Counted from the first letter of the stretch, positions 51,413 through 62,103 are shown. The stretch is 64,000 nucleotides of DNA from Candidatus Omnitrophota bacterium (GCA_049275655.1 JBASUY010000057.1:5303-69302), one strand, 5' to 3'. Made by a program: numbers and translations. Notes: generated from the sequence alone by a model not told the origin.

Positions 51413-51563
51413 TTGACAAAGGATTTGGGCGTGGTATACTTACCTTAAATTAGAAGGACCTTTAAGGCCTGCTCAGAGAGGCAGGCAAGGCGGAGAAAGT
51501 AATGGAGTTTACAACCTGTATATTAGATACCCTAGGCATAAAAGCCTAGGGTATTTTTTTATT
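51413..51563 (+). promoter_or_regulatory. pyr operon promoter + PyrR-binding loop + intrinsic terminator (transcription attenuator)
   Basis: The promoter is TTGACA-17-TATACT (51413..51441). The PyrR binding-loop motif is cctgCTCAGAGAGGCAGGCAAGG (51468..51490), against the consensus UCCAGAGAGGCU.GCAAGG. The terminator hairpin is accctaggc-ataaaa-gcctagggt (51529..51552) followed by T9. Confidence 0.65.
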
Positions 51564-51570
51564 TTGAAAG

Positions 51571-52107
51571 ATGAAAGAGAAGGCTAGGATATTAGATAAA
51601 GAGGCGATAAGCCGCGCTTTAATGCGCATTGCCCATGAGATAGTGGAGAAGAACAAGGGGACACAAAACCTATGCCTTATAGGGATAAGGAATCGCGGAG
51701 TTTTTTTAGCTAGGCGCCTGGCAGAGCAGATTAAAAAAATTGAAGGAGGCGATGTGTTATTCGGGGTTTTAGATATCACCCTCTACCGCGATGACCTTGC
51801 TTTGGCCTCCGGGCAGCCTATTGTGCGCAAGACAGAGATAGGTTTTGATATTAATAATAAACTACTCGTTCTTGTGGACGATGTCTTATATACCGGTAGG
51901 ACTATACGCGCGGCTTTGGACGCCTTAACTGATTTTGGTAGGCCTGAATCCATACAATTAGCGGTTTTAATTGACCGCGGACATCGGGAGTTGCCTATAA
52001 GGGCAGATTATGTAGGCAAGAATATTCCTACTGCTAAACATGAAACAATTCAGGTTCGGTTATTAGAAGTGGACAGGGCAGAAGAAGTTGTAATTTTAGA
52101 AAAATGA
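51571..52107 (+). CDS. pyrR: Bifunctional pyr operon regulator / uracil phosphoribosyltransferase PyrR
   Basis: It reads [22 protein letters not shown]...[17 protein letters not shown] and has the PRPP motif [17 protein letters not shown]. Confidence 0.9.
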   Translation: MKEKARILDKEAISRALMRIAHEIVEKNKGTQNLCLIGIRNRGVFLARRLAEQIKKIEGGDVLFGVLDITLYRDDLALASGQPIVRKTEIGFDINNKLLVLVDDVLYTGRTIRAALDALTDFGRPESIQLAVLIDRGHRELPIRADYVGKNIPTAKHETIQVRLLEVDRAEEVVILEK

Positions 52108-53051
52108 GTTGGGTTAAAAAAGATTTATTAGGACTGGAATATCTAAGCAAAGAAGAGATCGAGTTAATTTTATCTACTGCTGAGTCTTTTAAAGAGGTCT
52201 CTACCCGAGAGATAAAAAAAGTTCCCGCTTTGCGCGGCAAGACCGTAGTTAATTTATTTTATGAGCCATCTACGCGTACCCGTGTATCATTTGAGGTAGC
52301 GGCAAAAAGGTTATCGGCAGACGTGATTAATATAGCTACCGAGACCTCAAGCGTTAAAAAAGGAGAGACCTTAATTGATACTGGGCGCAATATCGAGGCT
52401 CTTAAAGCGGATATTATTGTTGTGCGCCACAATGCATCCGGGGCAGCGGCTATACTTGCCAGGCATCTTAATATAAGCGTAGTCAATGCTGGGGATGGCT
52501 GGCATGAGCACCCAACCCAAGCCTTATTGGATATTTTTACCCTGAAGGAAAAGTTAGGAAGGGTACAAGGGTTAAATGTAACCATAGTAGGAGATATTGC
52601 CCACTCTCGTGTAGCCCGTTCAAATGCGTGGGGTTTAGTTAAGTTGGGGGCTAAGGTTACTTTTTGTGCCCCACAGATACTTATCCCGGCAGGCGTTGAA
52701 GGGTTTGGCGTTCAGGTAACCGACAATATAGAAGAGGCTTTAGAAAATGCCGATGCGGTTAATGTCCTGCGGATGCAGTTTGAGAGGGATGGTGGATCAG
52801 CCTTCCCTGAGCAGTTAGAATATTTTAAGAACTTTGGGATTACCGAAGAGAGGATCAAGAGGGCAAAAAAGGGAATAGTTGTTATGCACCCCGGGCCAAT
52901 TAACCGCGGGATAGAGATGTCAAGCGAAGTTGCTGATGGAGAAAACTCTGTGATTTTAGAACAGGTTATTAATGGGATAGCTGTGCGCATGGCGGTTTTG
53001 TATTTAGTCTCGCAAGCTAACGAAAGAATAAAAAATGGCGGTACTGATTAG
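52104..53051 (+). CDS. pyrB: Aspartate carbamoyltransferase catalytic subunit
   Basis: It has the STRTR motif ([11 protein letters not shown]), HPTQ, and HPGP with LP. Confidence 0.9.
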   Translation: MSWVKKDLLGLEYLSKEEIELILSTAESFKEVSTREIKKVPALRGKTVVNLFYEPSTRTRVSFEVAAKRLSADVINIATETSSVKKGETLIDTGRNIEALKADIIVVRHNASGAAAILARHLNISVVNAGDGWHEHPTQALLDIFTLKEKLGRVQGLNVTIVGDIAHSRVARSNAWGLVKLGAKVTFCAPQILIPAGVEGFGVQVTDNIEEALENADAVNVLRMQFERDGGSAFPEQLEYFKNFGITEERIKRAKKGIVVMHPGPINRGIEMSSEVADGENSVILEQVINGIAVRMAVLYLVSQANERIKNGGTD

Positions 53052-54312
53052 AGGCGGTAGGGTTGTTGATCCGTATAATAATACAGATGGTGTTTTTGAT
53101 CTTTTGATTGAGGGGAGTAAGATTATTAAGGTTGCAGCTGGTATTAAGGATGCGGCAGTTGAAGTAATTGAGGCAAGCGGAAAGATAGTAATTCCCGGTT
53201 TAGTAGATATGCACGTGCATTTAAGAGAACCGGGTAGAGAGGATAAAGAGACCCTCCTCTCAGGCACAATAGCTGCGCTTGCCGGAGGCGTAACCAGTAT
53301 TTTAGCCATGCCTAATACTACTCCTGCTATGGATTCTGTTGATAGTATTAAAATTTTAAAAGAGAGGATAGATGCGAATGCTAAGGCAAATGTCTTTATC
53401 TGTGGAGCAATCACAAAAGAGAGGGCAGGTAAAGACCTTGTAGATATAGAAGCCCTGAAAAAAGAAGGGGTTATTGCAATTTCTGATGACGGAGCATCCG
53501 TTGATTCGGATAGCCTAATGCTTGCGGCCTTTAAGGAAGCAGTTCAAGAGGGGTTACTTGTTATTTGCCACTCTGAAGATAAGTCTGCTTCCTGCGCTGG
53601 AGTAGTTAATTTGGGGTTTACCTCTACCCGATTAGGCCTAAGGGGAATATCTAAAGAATCCGAGTATAAAAGGGTCTTACGGGATATTGAATTAGCTAAA
53701 GAAGCAAAGGCAAAAGTTCATATAGCACATTTAAGTTGCCTTGAGTCAGTTGATGCGGTCTTGAAGGCAAAACAAAGAGGCGCAAGAGTTACGGTAGAGA
53801 CCTGTCCGCATTATTTTAGCTTTACAGAAGAAGCGGTATTAACCTATGATACTAATTTTAAAATGAACCCGCCATTAAGAAGCGCGGCAGATTCTCAGGC
53901 ACTTAAGGATGCTATATCTTCCGGGATAATTGACGTGATTGCCTCAGACCATGCGCCTCATACTGAAAATGAAAAAGACATAGAGTTTGAGCGCGCAGAA
54001 TTCGGAGTGATTGGTTTAGAGACTGCACTCTTAGCCGCCATAACAGAGTTAGTGGATAAAGGTGTCTTAGGATGGGCTGATTTAGTTAAAAGAATGTCAT
54101 TAAATCCTGCGCGCATCTTGGGTATAAATAAGGGGAGCCTTTCTGTGGGAGCTGATGCGGATATTGCTATAATTGACCCTGTTAAAGAGCAAAGGATTAC
54201 TAAAGAGCGTTTTTTATCTAAATCTAAGAATTCTCCGTTTATAGGCAGGACGCTTAAAGGTTGTGTAGAATACACGCTTTGCTTAGGGAAGGTGTATAAA
54301 TGGAATTCATAG
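53035..54312 (+). CDS. pyrC: Dihydroorotase
   Basis: The amidohydrolase metal ligands are DMHVHLREPG and SDHAPH. It is 425 aa. Confidence 0.85.
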   Translation: MAVLIRGGRVVDPYNNTDGVFDLLIEGSKIIKVAAGIKDAAVEVIEASGKIVIPGLVDMHVHLREPGREDKETLLSGTIAALAGGVTSILAMPNTTPAMDSVDSIKILKERIDANAKANVFICGAITKERAGKDLVDIEALKKEGVIAISDDGASVDSDSLMLAAFKEAVQEGLLVICHSEDKSASCAGVVNLGFTSTRLGLRGISKESEYKRVLRDIELAKEAKAKVHIAHLSCLESVDAVLKAKQRGARVTVETCPHYFSFTEEAVLTYDTNFKMNPPLRSAADSQALKDAISSGIIDVIASDHAPHTENEKDIEFERAEFGVIGLETALLAAITELVDKGVLGWADLVKRMSLNPARILGINKGSLSVGADADIAIIDPVKEQRITKERFLSKSKNSPFIGRTLKGCVEYTLCLGKVYKWNS

Positions 54313-55532
54313 CGGATTTTCATATTCACTCAAAGTATTCTAGGGCTACGAGCCGTAATATGGATATTAAGAATTTAGCGGAATGGGCAAAACTGAAAGG
54401 TATATCCCTTATGGGAACAGGAGATTTTACCCACCATTTATGGCTTGAGGAGCTTAAGGCGAACTTAGAGGATTGCGGTAATGGGCTTTATGCGTACAAC
54501 GGAATAAGTTTTATATTAACTGCCGAAGTAAGCAGTATTTATTCAAAGAAAGGTAGGTCTTATAGGATACACAACTTAATATTTGCTCCTTCATTTAAGG
54601 TTGTAGACCAGATAAATGATACCTTGGGCAGAATCGGCAATTTATCCTCAGACGGCAGGCCGATTTTAGGGCTTGACGCCGCAGAACTTGCCCGCATTGT
54701 CTTTGATATAGACGAGAATTGTATGCTCATCCCCGGGCATATCTGGACTCCGTGGTTTTCTTTGTTTGGCTCTATGTCCGGCTTTGACAGAATAGAAGAC
54801 TGTTTTGAGGATCAGACATCAAAAATCTTTGCCCTTGAAACCGGGCTCTCTTCGGACCCGGCGATGAATTGGAGGCTAAGCGCCTTAGATAAATTTACCC
54901 TGATTTCAAATAGCGATTCCCATTCTCCGCAGAAAATAGGAAGGGAGGCGAATGTTTTTAATTGCGCGCTTGATTATAATGAAATCCGCCAAGCTTTAAA
55001 AACAAAGGATAAGGATAAGTTTCTTTATACGATAGAGTTTTTCCCGGAAGAAGGAAAGTACCATTTTGACGGGCATAGGCTTTGTGGGGTAAGATGGTCT
55101 CCGCAGGAGACTAAAAAACATAGCGGTAAATGCCCTAAATGCGGGAAGAAGGTTACCGTAGGTGTTTTAAATAGAGTAGAGTCTTTAGCAGATAGGCCAG
55201 AAGGGTTTAAGCCTGCCGATGCAATACCATTTATAAACCTAATTCCATTAGACGAGATAATTGCCGATGCTAAAGGCGTTGGCAAGGCGAGCGTTGCTGT
55301 GGAGCGTGATTACCGTAGCATGATTGCTAAATTTGGCACGGAATTTGAGATATTAAAACGGGTGCCTAAAGAAGAGTTGTTGAAAGGGTTAGCTTCAAAG
55401 ATAGCTGAGGGCATTTTAAGGGTGCGGGAAAGGAGGGTTAACATAAAGGCCGGATTTGACGGAGAATATGGCAAGATTTCTATCTTTGAAGATAAAGAGA
55501 CAGAGAAGGAGGAGCAGCTCAGGCTGTTTTAA
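54300..55532 (+). CDS. PHP-domain nuclease with C-terminal Cys-rich zinc ribbon, endonuclease Q-like
   Basis: It has an N-terminal PHP motif (ADFHIHSKYSRATS) and a further PHP His/Asp cluster (NSDSHSP). It has a C-terminal HRLCG...CPKCGKK zinc finger. The 410 aa length and architecture match EndoQ/TIGR00375 as I recall it. Its start overlaps the pyrC stop. Confidence 0.45.
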   Translation: MEFIADFHIHSKYSRATSRNMDIKNLAEWAKLKGISLMGTGDFTHHLWLEELKANLEDCGNGLYAYNGISFILTAEVSSIYSKKGRSYRIHNLIFAPSFKVVDQINDTLGRIGNLSSDGRPILGLDAAELARIVFDIDENCMLIPGHIWTPWFSLFGSMSGFDRIEDCFEDQTSKIFALETGLSSDPAMNWRLSALDKFTLISNSDSHSPQKIGREANVFNCALDYNEIRQALKTKDKDKFLYTIEFFPEEGKYHFDGHRLCGVRWSPQETKKHSGKCPKCGKKVTVGVLNRVESLADRPEGFKPADAIPFINLIPLDEIIADAKGVGKASVAVERDYRSMIAKFGTEFEILKRVPKEELLKGLASKIAEGILRVRERRVNIKAGFDGEYGKISIFEDKETEKEEQLRLF

Positions 55533-55562
55533 AAGAGATTTACACAGGGACAGCTTATTAGC

Positions 55563-55634
55563 GCGCCTGTAGCCTAATGGATAGGGCATTAGCCTCCGGA
55601 GCTAAGTGTGACAGTTCGATTCTGTCCAGGCGCA
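55563..55634 (+). tRNA. tRNA-Arg (anticodon CCG)
   Basis: The sequence GCGCCTGTAGCCTAATGGATAGGGCATTAGCCTCCGGAGCTAAGTGTGACAGTTCGATTCTGTCCAGGCGCA folds as a cloverleaf with the anticodon loop ctCCGga. Confidence 0.8.
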
Positions 55635-55686
55635 ATCAGTATTTATTCTGACTTGTCTATATTTAGTTAATAGATAGAGAGGCATA

Positions 55687-56157
55687 ATGAAAAAAATTAT
55701 AGGGGTTATTGGTGGGCATATATGTAATAATAAAGTAGGGGATTTAGCCTATAAATTAGGCATTAAACTTGCTAAAGTGGGGGATTATCTTGTATGTGGA
55801 GGGCTTAGTGGAGTAATGAACCATGTTTGTAAAGGTTTTAAGCAAGGAGGTGGGGTTACAATAGGCATTATTCCGGGCTATAATAAATCTACTGCAAATA
55901 AGTATGTAGATATTGTTATTCCTACAGGTATGGGGTTCGCAAGGAATGTTTTAGTGGTTAAGAGCGCGGATATTGTTGTTGCTTTCCCGGGGAGGACAGG
56001 GACTTTATCAGAGATAGCGTATTGTTTACAATTTAATATTCCGGTGATAGGGTTTAAGTATTGGAATATACCTGGAATTATCCGAGTGGATAAGATTGAT
56101 AAAGTAGTTGAAATAGTTAAGGATACCCTATCTAAAGTAGTTTTGGAGGATGAGTAA
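55687..56157 (+). CDS. LOG/TIGR00725-family Rossmann-fold protein (putative nucleotide 5'-monophosphate nucleosidase-like)
   Basis: It reads IIGVIGG...LVCGGLSGVMN...FPGRTGTLSE. This matches the LOG-family PGGxGTxxE motif and glycine-rich loop. It is 156 aa. Confidence 0.55.
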   Translation: MKKIIGVIGGHICNNKVGDLAYKLGIKLAKVGDYLVCGGLSGVMNHVCKGFKQGGGVTIGIIPGYNKSTANKYVDIVIPTGMGFARNVLVVKSADIVVAFPGRTGTLSEIAYCLQFNIPVIGFKYWNIPGIIRVDKIDKVVEIVKDTLSKVVLEDE

Positions 56158-57233
56158 TGCAGGCTATTTTGGTTCTTGAGGACGGGAAGAGTTTTATAGG
56201 CGAATCTAGCGGGATAAAGACAGAGAGGGCCGGAGAGGTTATTGTAAATACCGGAGTTGTCGGGTATCAGGAGATGATAACTGACCCTGCAAACTTAGGG
56301 AAGATATTAGTTTTAACTTATCCTATTATAGGTAATTATGGTTGTGCGCCTAAGTTTAGCGAATCTGATAAAGTTAGAGTTGCCGGGCTTGTTGTAAAAG
56401 AGGAGTCCCGGGTATATTCAAACTGGCAGGCTAAAGAGAGCCTAAAGAGCTTTGCGCAGAAAAATGAATTATTTGTATTGCATTCTGTTGATACACGCAT
56501 GCTTGCGATACACCTAAGACAAAGAGGGCCCTTATACGGGATAATCTCTACGGAATCTTTTGATGTTAAGAGTCTTGTTGAGAATGCCCGCGCATTCCGT
56601 CAAAGCCCCCCTTTAGACGTGCTTAAAGAGGTCTCTGTCAGTAAGCCAAAAAAGTTAGATAAGTCAAAAGGCAAGAGGTTAGCAATATTAGATTTGGGGG
56701 TAACGAGGAGCATTATAAGGCAGATTGAGCGTTTAGGGTTTTCAATAACCCTCTTGCCGTATAATACTGCTACTTCAGAGGTAATAAAGTTAAGGCCCAA
56801 GGGCTTAGTTATCGCTGGAGGGCCTGAGAATATTATTGCGTTGGAGAGGGTTGCTGAAAGTATCAAACCTTTATTAGGGAGGATGCCTATTTTAGGAATA
56901 TCTTCCGGGAGTTTAGTCTTGGCATTAGGCTTGGAAGCTAAGCTTCATAGGTTGCAAATAGGGCATAGGGGGATGAATTATCCGGTGCAAAATCCCTCTT
57001 CTCCTAAAGGGGAGATTACTATCCAAAACCATACTTATGCTATAGACCCTATTTCTTTGCTTAAGGTGCGGGGGGTAAAGATTACTGGGTATAACCTAAA
57101 CGACAGGACAGTGGAAAGATTTGAAAGTAAGCGGTTAAAAATAATAGCAGTACAATATATTCCTTATTCGCCGGGATGTAATGAAGTTAATACGGATATC
57201 CTAAGGTTTAAGGGTATCTTGAAAGGAAGTTAG
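56157..57233 (+). CDS. carA: Carbamoyl-phosphate synthase small subunit homologue with degenerate glutaminase active site
   Basis: It has a CPSase_sm_chain N-domain (VIVNTGVVGYQEMITDPANLGKILVLTYPIIGNYG). In the GATase domain, the region aligning to E. coli GICLGHQ reads GISSGSL, so Cys269 becomes Ser. The region aligning to FQGHPE reads VQYIPY, so His353 becomes Ile and Glu355 becomes Tyr. Confidence 0.8.
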   Translation: MQAILVLEDGKSFIGESSGIKTERAGEVIVNTGVVGYQEMITDPANLGKILVLTYPIIGNYGCAPKFSESDKVRVAGLVVKEESRVYSNWQAKESLKSFAQKNELFVLHSVDTRMLAIHLRQRGPLYGIISTESFDVKSLVENARAFRQSPPLDVLKEVSVSKPKKLDKSKGKRLAILDLGVTRSIIRQIERLGFSITLLPYNTATSEVIKLRPKGLVIAGGPENIIALERVAESIKPLLGRMPILGISSGSLVLALGLEAKLHRLQIGHRGMNYPVQNPSSPKGEITIQNHTYAIDPISLLKVRGVKITGYNLNDRTVERFESKRLKIIAVQYIPYSPGCNEVNTDILRFKGILKGS

Positions 57234-57236
57234 CCT

Positions 57237-60200
57237 ATGCCTCGCAGAAGAGACATTAAAAAGATTTTAATAATTGGTTCCGGGCCTATTGTCATTGGTC
57301 AAGCTTGTGAGTTTGATTACTCAGGCTCTCAGGCGTGTAAGGCCTTAAAAGAGGAGGGTTATTTTACTATACTTATAAATTCCAACCCAGCGACAATAAT
57401 GACTGATCCGGGCATGGCGGATGTTACTTATATTGAACCTCTGTCTGTTGAGATGTTAACTAAGGTTATTGCTAAAGAACGTCCGGATGCTATTTTACCG
57501 ACATTAGGAGGGCAGACAGGGCTTAACCTTGCCTTCTTCCTTATGAAAAAAGGGGTTTTGAAGAAATACGGGGTTGAATCTATCGGGGCTTCGGTAAGTT
57601 CCATATCTTGCGCTGAGGATAGGGGAATTTTTAAAAGAGCGATGCAGGGGATAGGGGTTGGTATTCCTAAAAGTAGCATAGTTACTTCATTGGCCGAAGG
57701 GATGAGAGTGGGCCGTACCATAGGGTTTCCTCTTATATTAAGGCCTGCCTATACATTAGGGGGTAGCGGAGGGTCTATTGCTTATAATCATGAAGAGCTA
57801 AAAAGATTATTATCAAAGAGCTTAGAATCAAGCCCGGTCCATCAGGTTTTGATTGAAGAGTCTGTTTTAGGATGGAAGGAAATTGAGTTTGAGGTTTTAC
57901 GCGATTGTGCCGATAATGTAATTATCGTTACCTCTATGGAGAACTTTGATCCTATGGGAGTGCATACGGGGGATAGCATTGTTGTTGCCCCTGCCCAGAC
58001 GCTAACCGCAGAAGAATACAATAACTTTGTTAATCTTTCTAAGAGGATTATTCGCCGTATCGGGATAAACGGCGGGGGTGCGAATATACAGTTTGGCCAA
58101 AATCCTAAGGATGGCAGGATTGTAGTTATTGAGGTTAATCCGAGGCTCTCGCGTTCTTCTGCCTTAGCTTCTAAGGCGACCGGATTTCCTATTGCGCGTG
58201 TTGCAACGAAACTTGCTGTTGGTTATACGTTGCCTGAAGTGATAAACCAGGTTACAGGCAAGACCTCTTCATTTTTTGAACCTACGCTAGATTATTGCGT
58301 CTTTAAGATGTGCCGTTTTACTTTTGAAAAATTCCCCTACGCCCAGCGCCTCTTGAATACCTCAATGAAGGCTGTGGGAGAGGCGATGTCTATTGGGAGG
58401 AATTTTAAAGAGGCATTTCAAAAAGGCATTCGCTCTATGGAGATATCCCGTTTTGGCTTTGGTTCAGACGGAAAAGATAAAATTACTGACGCGGAACTAA
58501 AGAAAGCAGGGAATGGGTTAATTAAGCTTATGCGTGATAAACTTAGGATCCCTAATGATGAAAGGGTATTTTATATCCGCTACGCGCTTAAAGCCGGAAT
58601 CTCCCCTCAAGAGATAAGTTCCCTCTCTAATATTGACCGTTGGTTTATTGATAACCTGCAGGAGCTAGTTAAGATAGAAGAGGAGTTGGCGGGGTATAAA
58701 AATCATAAACCCGAAGAAGATATCAAGGTTCCTTTAGGGCTTCTTAAAAAAGCTAAAGAAAACGGCTTTTCTGACCACCAACTGGCATTTATATTAAATT
58801 CTAAAGAAGATAAGGTGCGTGATTTACGCAAGAAGTATAATATAAAAGCAGTCTATAAACTGGTGGATACATGTGCCGGAGGGGTTGCGGCTAAACAGCC
58901 ATATTTTTATTCTACTTATGAGGTTTTTGACGAGTCAAGGCCAAGTAAGAATAAAAAGGTAGTAATTTTAGGCGGAGGGCCTAACCGTATCGGACAGGGG
59001 ATTGAGTTTGATTATTGTTGTTGTCATGCAGCGTATGCTTTAAAAGATGAAGGTGTAGATAGTATTATGGTTAATTGTAACCCTGAGACGGTTTCAACGG
59101 ACTATGATACTTCTGACCGTCTTTATTTTGAGCCGCTTACATTTGAAGATATAATGAATATTATAGATTTAGAGAAACCAATGGGGGTTATCCTGCAGTT
59201 TGGCGGCCAGACACCTTTAAATCTTGCCCTCCCGCTACGCGAGGCAGGGGTTAACATTCTTGGGACCTCCGCAGAGAGCATTGATATTGCAGAAGACCGG
59301 AAGAGGTTTAAAGATATGCTGTATAAACTCGCCCTTTTGCAGCCTGAGAACGGGACCGCCTTTAATTTTGATGAGGCGAAGAAAGTAGCCAAAGAGATAG
59401 GTTATCCGGTTTTGGTTAGGCCGTCATATGTTTTAGGAGGCAGGGCAATGGAGATCGCCTATGACGAGGAGGCATTGGAAAAGTTTATTAAAGATGCGGC
59501 AGAGGTATCCGGGGAGCATCCGGTTTTAATTGATAAATTTTTAGAGGATGCTATTGAGGTGGATGTAGATTTAATCGGAGACGCAGAGACTTTTGTTATC
59601 GGAGGGATTATGGAGCATATTGAGTATGCCGGGGTTCACTCCGGCGATGCAGCGATGTCCCTTCCGACATATACGCTTTCTGAAGCAAGCTTGAATAAGA
59701 TCAGGCATGCTACATATGAGATGGCTAAAGAGTTAAAGGTAGTAGGCCTGATGAATATACAGTATGCGGTAAAAGATGATAAGGTTTATGTATTAGAGGT
59801 TAACCCAAGGGCTTCCCGGACGATTCCTTTTGTCTCAAAGGCCATAGGAGTTCCTTTGGCGAAGTTAGCGACAAAGGTATTATTAGGAAGGAAGCTAAAG
59901 GATTTAGGGTTTACCAAAGAGGTTATACCTAAACACATATCAATTAAAGAATCGGTCTTTCCTTTTAATCGTTTTCCGGGGGTGGATGTTATTTTAGGCC
60001 CGGAGATGAAATCAACCGGAGAGGTTATGGGGATTGATAAGGATTTTGGCCGCGCGTATATTAAAAGCCAGCTTGCCGCAGGCCAAAAACTTCCTAAGAA
60101 AGGCAATGTTTTTATCTCTGTGCGCGATAAAGACAAGAGGCAGATAATCTTTATCGCTAAAAAGATAGCGGAGTTAGGGTTTAATGTTTATGCCAGTTTA

Positions 60201-60524
60201 GGTACTGCTAATGTCTTACGCAAAAGCGGGATTAAGGTAAAGGTTTTGCCGAAAATAGCCGAAGGTAGGCCGAATATATTGGATTTGATGAAAGATGGAA
60301 AGATACAGCTTCTGATAAATACCCCTTCAGGGCGCATACCTCGTCAGGATGAGGTGAAGATTCGTTCACATGTTATACTATACAATATTCCCTATACTAC
60401 CAGCATCTCTGCTGCGCAGGCGACAGTTAATGGCATAGAGGTTTTATTAAAGAATGATTTAGAGGTTAAGCCCTTACAGGCATACCATAAGAAAAAAAGG
60501 CAAAGAGGAGGTTGTTGTGCCTGA
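57237..60524 (+). CDS. carB: Carbamoyl-phosphate synthase large subunit
   Basis: The 1095 aa product has duplicated ATP-grasp halves, an oligomerisation domain and a C-terminal MGS-like domain. Confidence 0.95.
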   Translation: MPRRRDIKKILIIGSGPIVIGQACEFDYSGSQACKALKEEGYFTILINSNPATIMTDPGMADVTYIEPLSVEMLTKVIAKERPDAILPTLGGQTGLNLAFFLMKKGVLKKYGVESIGASVSSISCAEDRGIFKRAMQGIGVGIPKSSIVTSLAEGMRVGRTIGFPLILRPAYTLGGSGGSIAYNHEELKRLLSKSLESSPVHQVLIEESVLGWKEIEFEVLRDCADNVIIVTSMENFDPMGVHTGDSIVVAPAQTLTAEEYNNFVNLSKRIIRRIGINGGGANIQFGQNPKDGRIVVIEVNPRLSRSSALASKATGFPIARVATKLAVGYTLPEVINQVTGKTSSFFEPTLDYCVFKMCRFTFEKFPYAQRLLNTSMKAVGEAMSIGRNFKEAFQKGIRSMEISRFGFGSDGKDKITDAELKKAGNGLIKLMRDKLRIPNDERVFYIRYALKAGISPQEISSLSNIDRWFIDNLQELVKIEEELAGYKNHKPEEDIKVPLGLLKKAKENGFSDHQLAFILNSKEDKVRDLRKKYNIKAVYKLVDTCAGGVAAKQPYFYSTYEVFDESRPSKNKKVVILGGGPNRIGQGIEFDYCCCHAAYALKDEGVDSIMVNCNPETVSTDYDTSDRLYFEPLTFEDIMNIIDLEKPMGVILQFGGQTPLNLALPLREAGVNILGTSAESIDIAEDRKRFKDMLYKLALLQPENGTAFNFDEAKKVAKEIGYPVLVRPSYVLGGRAMEIAYDEEALEKFIKDAAEVSGEHPVLIDKFLEDAIEVDVDLIGDAETFVIGGIMEHIEYAGVHSGDAAMSLPTYTLSEASLNKIRHATYEMAKELKVVGLMNIQYAVKDDKVYVLEVNPRASRTIPFVSKAIGVPLAKLATKVLLGRKLKDLGFTKEVIPKHISIKESVFPFNRFPGVDVILGPEMKSTGEVMGIDKDFGRAYIKSQLAAGQKLPKKGNVFISVRDKDKRQIIFIAKKIAELGFNVYASLGTANVLRKSGIKVKVLPKIAEGRPNILDLMKDGKIQLLINTPSGRIPRQDEVKIRSHVILYNIPYTTSISAAQATVNGIEVLLKNDLEVKPLQAYHKKKRQRGGCCA

Positions 60525-61320
60525 GTTGCCGGAAGTCGAGACTATAAAGAGAGAGTTAGAAAAGGTCGTAATAGGCAAAAAAATTTCCAAGGTATCTGTT
60601 TATAACCCTAGGGTCATACGTAGCCCTTCTGTCTCTAAGTTTAAAGCAATCTTATCCGGAACCCGTATAAACCGAATATTGCGTCGGGGCAAGGCCCTGA
60701 TATTTGAGCTCTCCAATGCTAAGGCCTTGGTTATTCACTTAAAGATGACCGGGCAGTTAATCTACCCGGGTTCAAAAAGCAAAGAGCAAAAAGTCTCTTT
60801 TGGTTTTTCAGGTGGGGATAGCCTTGTCTTTAATGATCAGAGGCTCTTTGCGGAGATTAGGCTTATGGATGATTGGAGGGAGTTAAAGTTTATACAGGGC
60901 TTAGGGCCTGAACCAAAGGATTTAACGCTCTTAAAATTTCAAGATATGTTAGCGGGTAAAAAAACGAAAATCAAGCCTTTGCTTATGGACCAGAAGTTTA
61001 TCTCTGGTATAGGCAATCTATATGCAGCAGAGATTTTGTTTGCTGCTAAGATTAATCCTGAGAAGAGGGCAAATAGCCTATCCAATAAAGAGAAAGAGAG
61101 GCTTTATAATGCTATGCGTAGCGTATTGGATGCGGCTATTAAGCATGGCGGTTCGTCTATTGATGACTATCTTCGCCTTTCAGGCGCAAAGGGAGAATAT
61201 AAAAAATACCACAAGGTCTATGGTAGAGAAGGCAAGCCTTGTTTTATATGTAAAAGTTTAATCAAAAGAAGCGTGTTAGGTGGAAGGGGTACTTATTTTT
61301 GCCCTAAGTGTCAAAGGTAA
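60517..61320 (+). CDS. mutM: Formamidopyrimidine-DNA glycosylase (Fpg/MutM)
   Basis: The N-terminus is [10 protein letters not shown], with catalytic Pro2 and Glu3. It has an H2TH domain and a C-terminal zinc finger ([25 protein letters not shown]). Its start overlaps the carB stop by 8 nt. Confidence 0.9.
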   Translation: MPELPEVETIKRELEKVVIGKKISKVSVYNPRVIRSPSVSKFKAILSGTRINRILRRGKALIFELSNAKALVIHLKMTGQLIYPGSKSKEQKVSFGFSGGDSLVFNDQRLFAEIRLMDDWRELKFIQGLGPEPKDLTLLKFQDMLAGKKTKIKPLLMDQKFISGIGNLYAAEILFAAKINPEKRANSLSNKEKERLYNAMRSVLDAAIKHGGSSIDDYLRLSGAKGEYKKYHKVYGREGKPCFICKSLIKRSVLGGRGTYFCPKCQR

Positions 61321-62099
61321 GGACAGTGAAGCAGATAAAGCCGAAGATTATCTCTAATAAGCTCTTAACAAAGAGTTATTGGCGTTGTATTATGCGCGCT
61401 CCAGCTATTGCTAAAATTGCTAAGCCGGGGCAGTTTATAAATGTTAAGACAACCAGCGGGTTAGTTCCTCTTTTGCGTCGCCCCTTTAGCATACACAATA
61501 TTGACGGAGCGGACTTAGAGGTTATTTATGATGTTGTCGGAGAAGGGACTAAGGCATTTTCTCAAAAAAGAAGCGGTGAGTATTTAGATATTATCGGGCC
61601 GTTAGGTAATGGATTTTCTCTGCCCGTATCTTCTAAGTACTTATTGATTGTTGTCGGGGGGGGAGTGGGTATTGCGCCGTTGTTTCTCTTAGCAAAAAAA
61701 GCGAAAACAAAAAATAAGATTGTTTTGATTGGTTCAAAGAACCAAGGAGAGCTTTTGTGTGAAAAAGAGTTTAAGGATATCGGATGTGATGTTAAAATAT
61801 CTACGGATGACGGGTCTTATGGATTTAAGGGGCAGGTAACATCTTTATTAAGAGAGGTGCTTGATATTAAGAGAAGAGAAAAAGAAAGAATACTTATATA
61901 TGCTTGCGGCCCTACACCGATGCTTAAAGAGGCCTTTAAGATTGCAACTACGAATGGCTTACCTGCGCAGTTTTCATTAGAGGAGCATATGGGTTGTGGC
62001 ATAGGAGCCTGTTTAGGGTGTGTGGTAAAGACAAAAAATGGCCTAAAGAGGGTTTGTAAAGAAGGCCCGGTATTTAATGCTTCGGATTTAGTATGGTGA
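61308..62099 (+). CDS. pyrK: Dihydroorotate dehydrogenase electron-transfer subunit (FAD/[2Fe-2S])
   Basis: It has an FAD-binding module (RAPAIAKIAKPGQFINV, RRPFSI) and a C-terminal 2Fe-2S cluster (CGIGACLGC). The start is a GTG at 61308 overlapping mutM, or possibly the GTG at 61326. Confidence 0.85.
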   Translation: MSKVRTVKQIKPKIISNKLLTKSYWRCIMRAPAIAKIAKPGQFINVKTTSGLVPLLRRPFSIHNIDGADLEVIYDVVGEGTKAFSQKRSGEYLDIIGPLGNGFSLPVSSKYLLIVVGGGVGIAPLFLLAKKAKTKNKIVLIGSKNQGELLCEKEFKDIGCDVKISTDDGSYGFKGQVTSLLREVLDIKRREKERILIYACGPTPMLKEAFKIATTNGLPAQFSLEEHMGCGIGACLGCVVKTKNGLKRVCKEGPVFNASDLVW

Positions 62100-62103
62100 A
62101 GAT

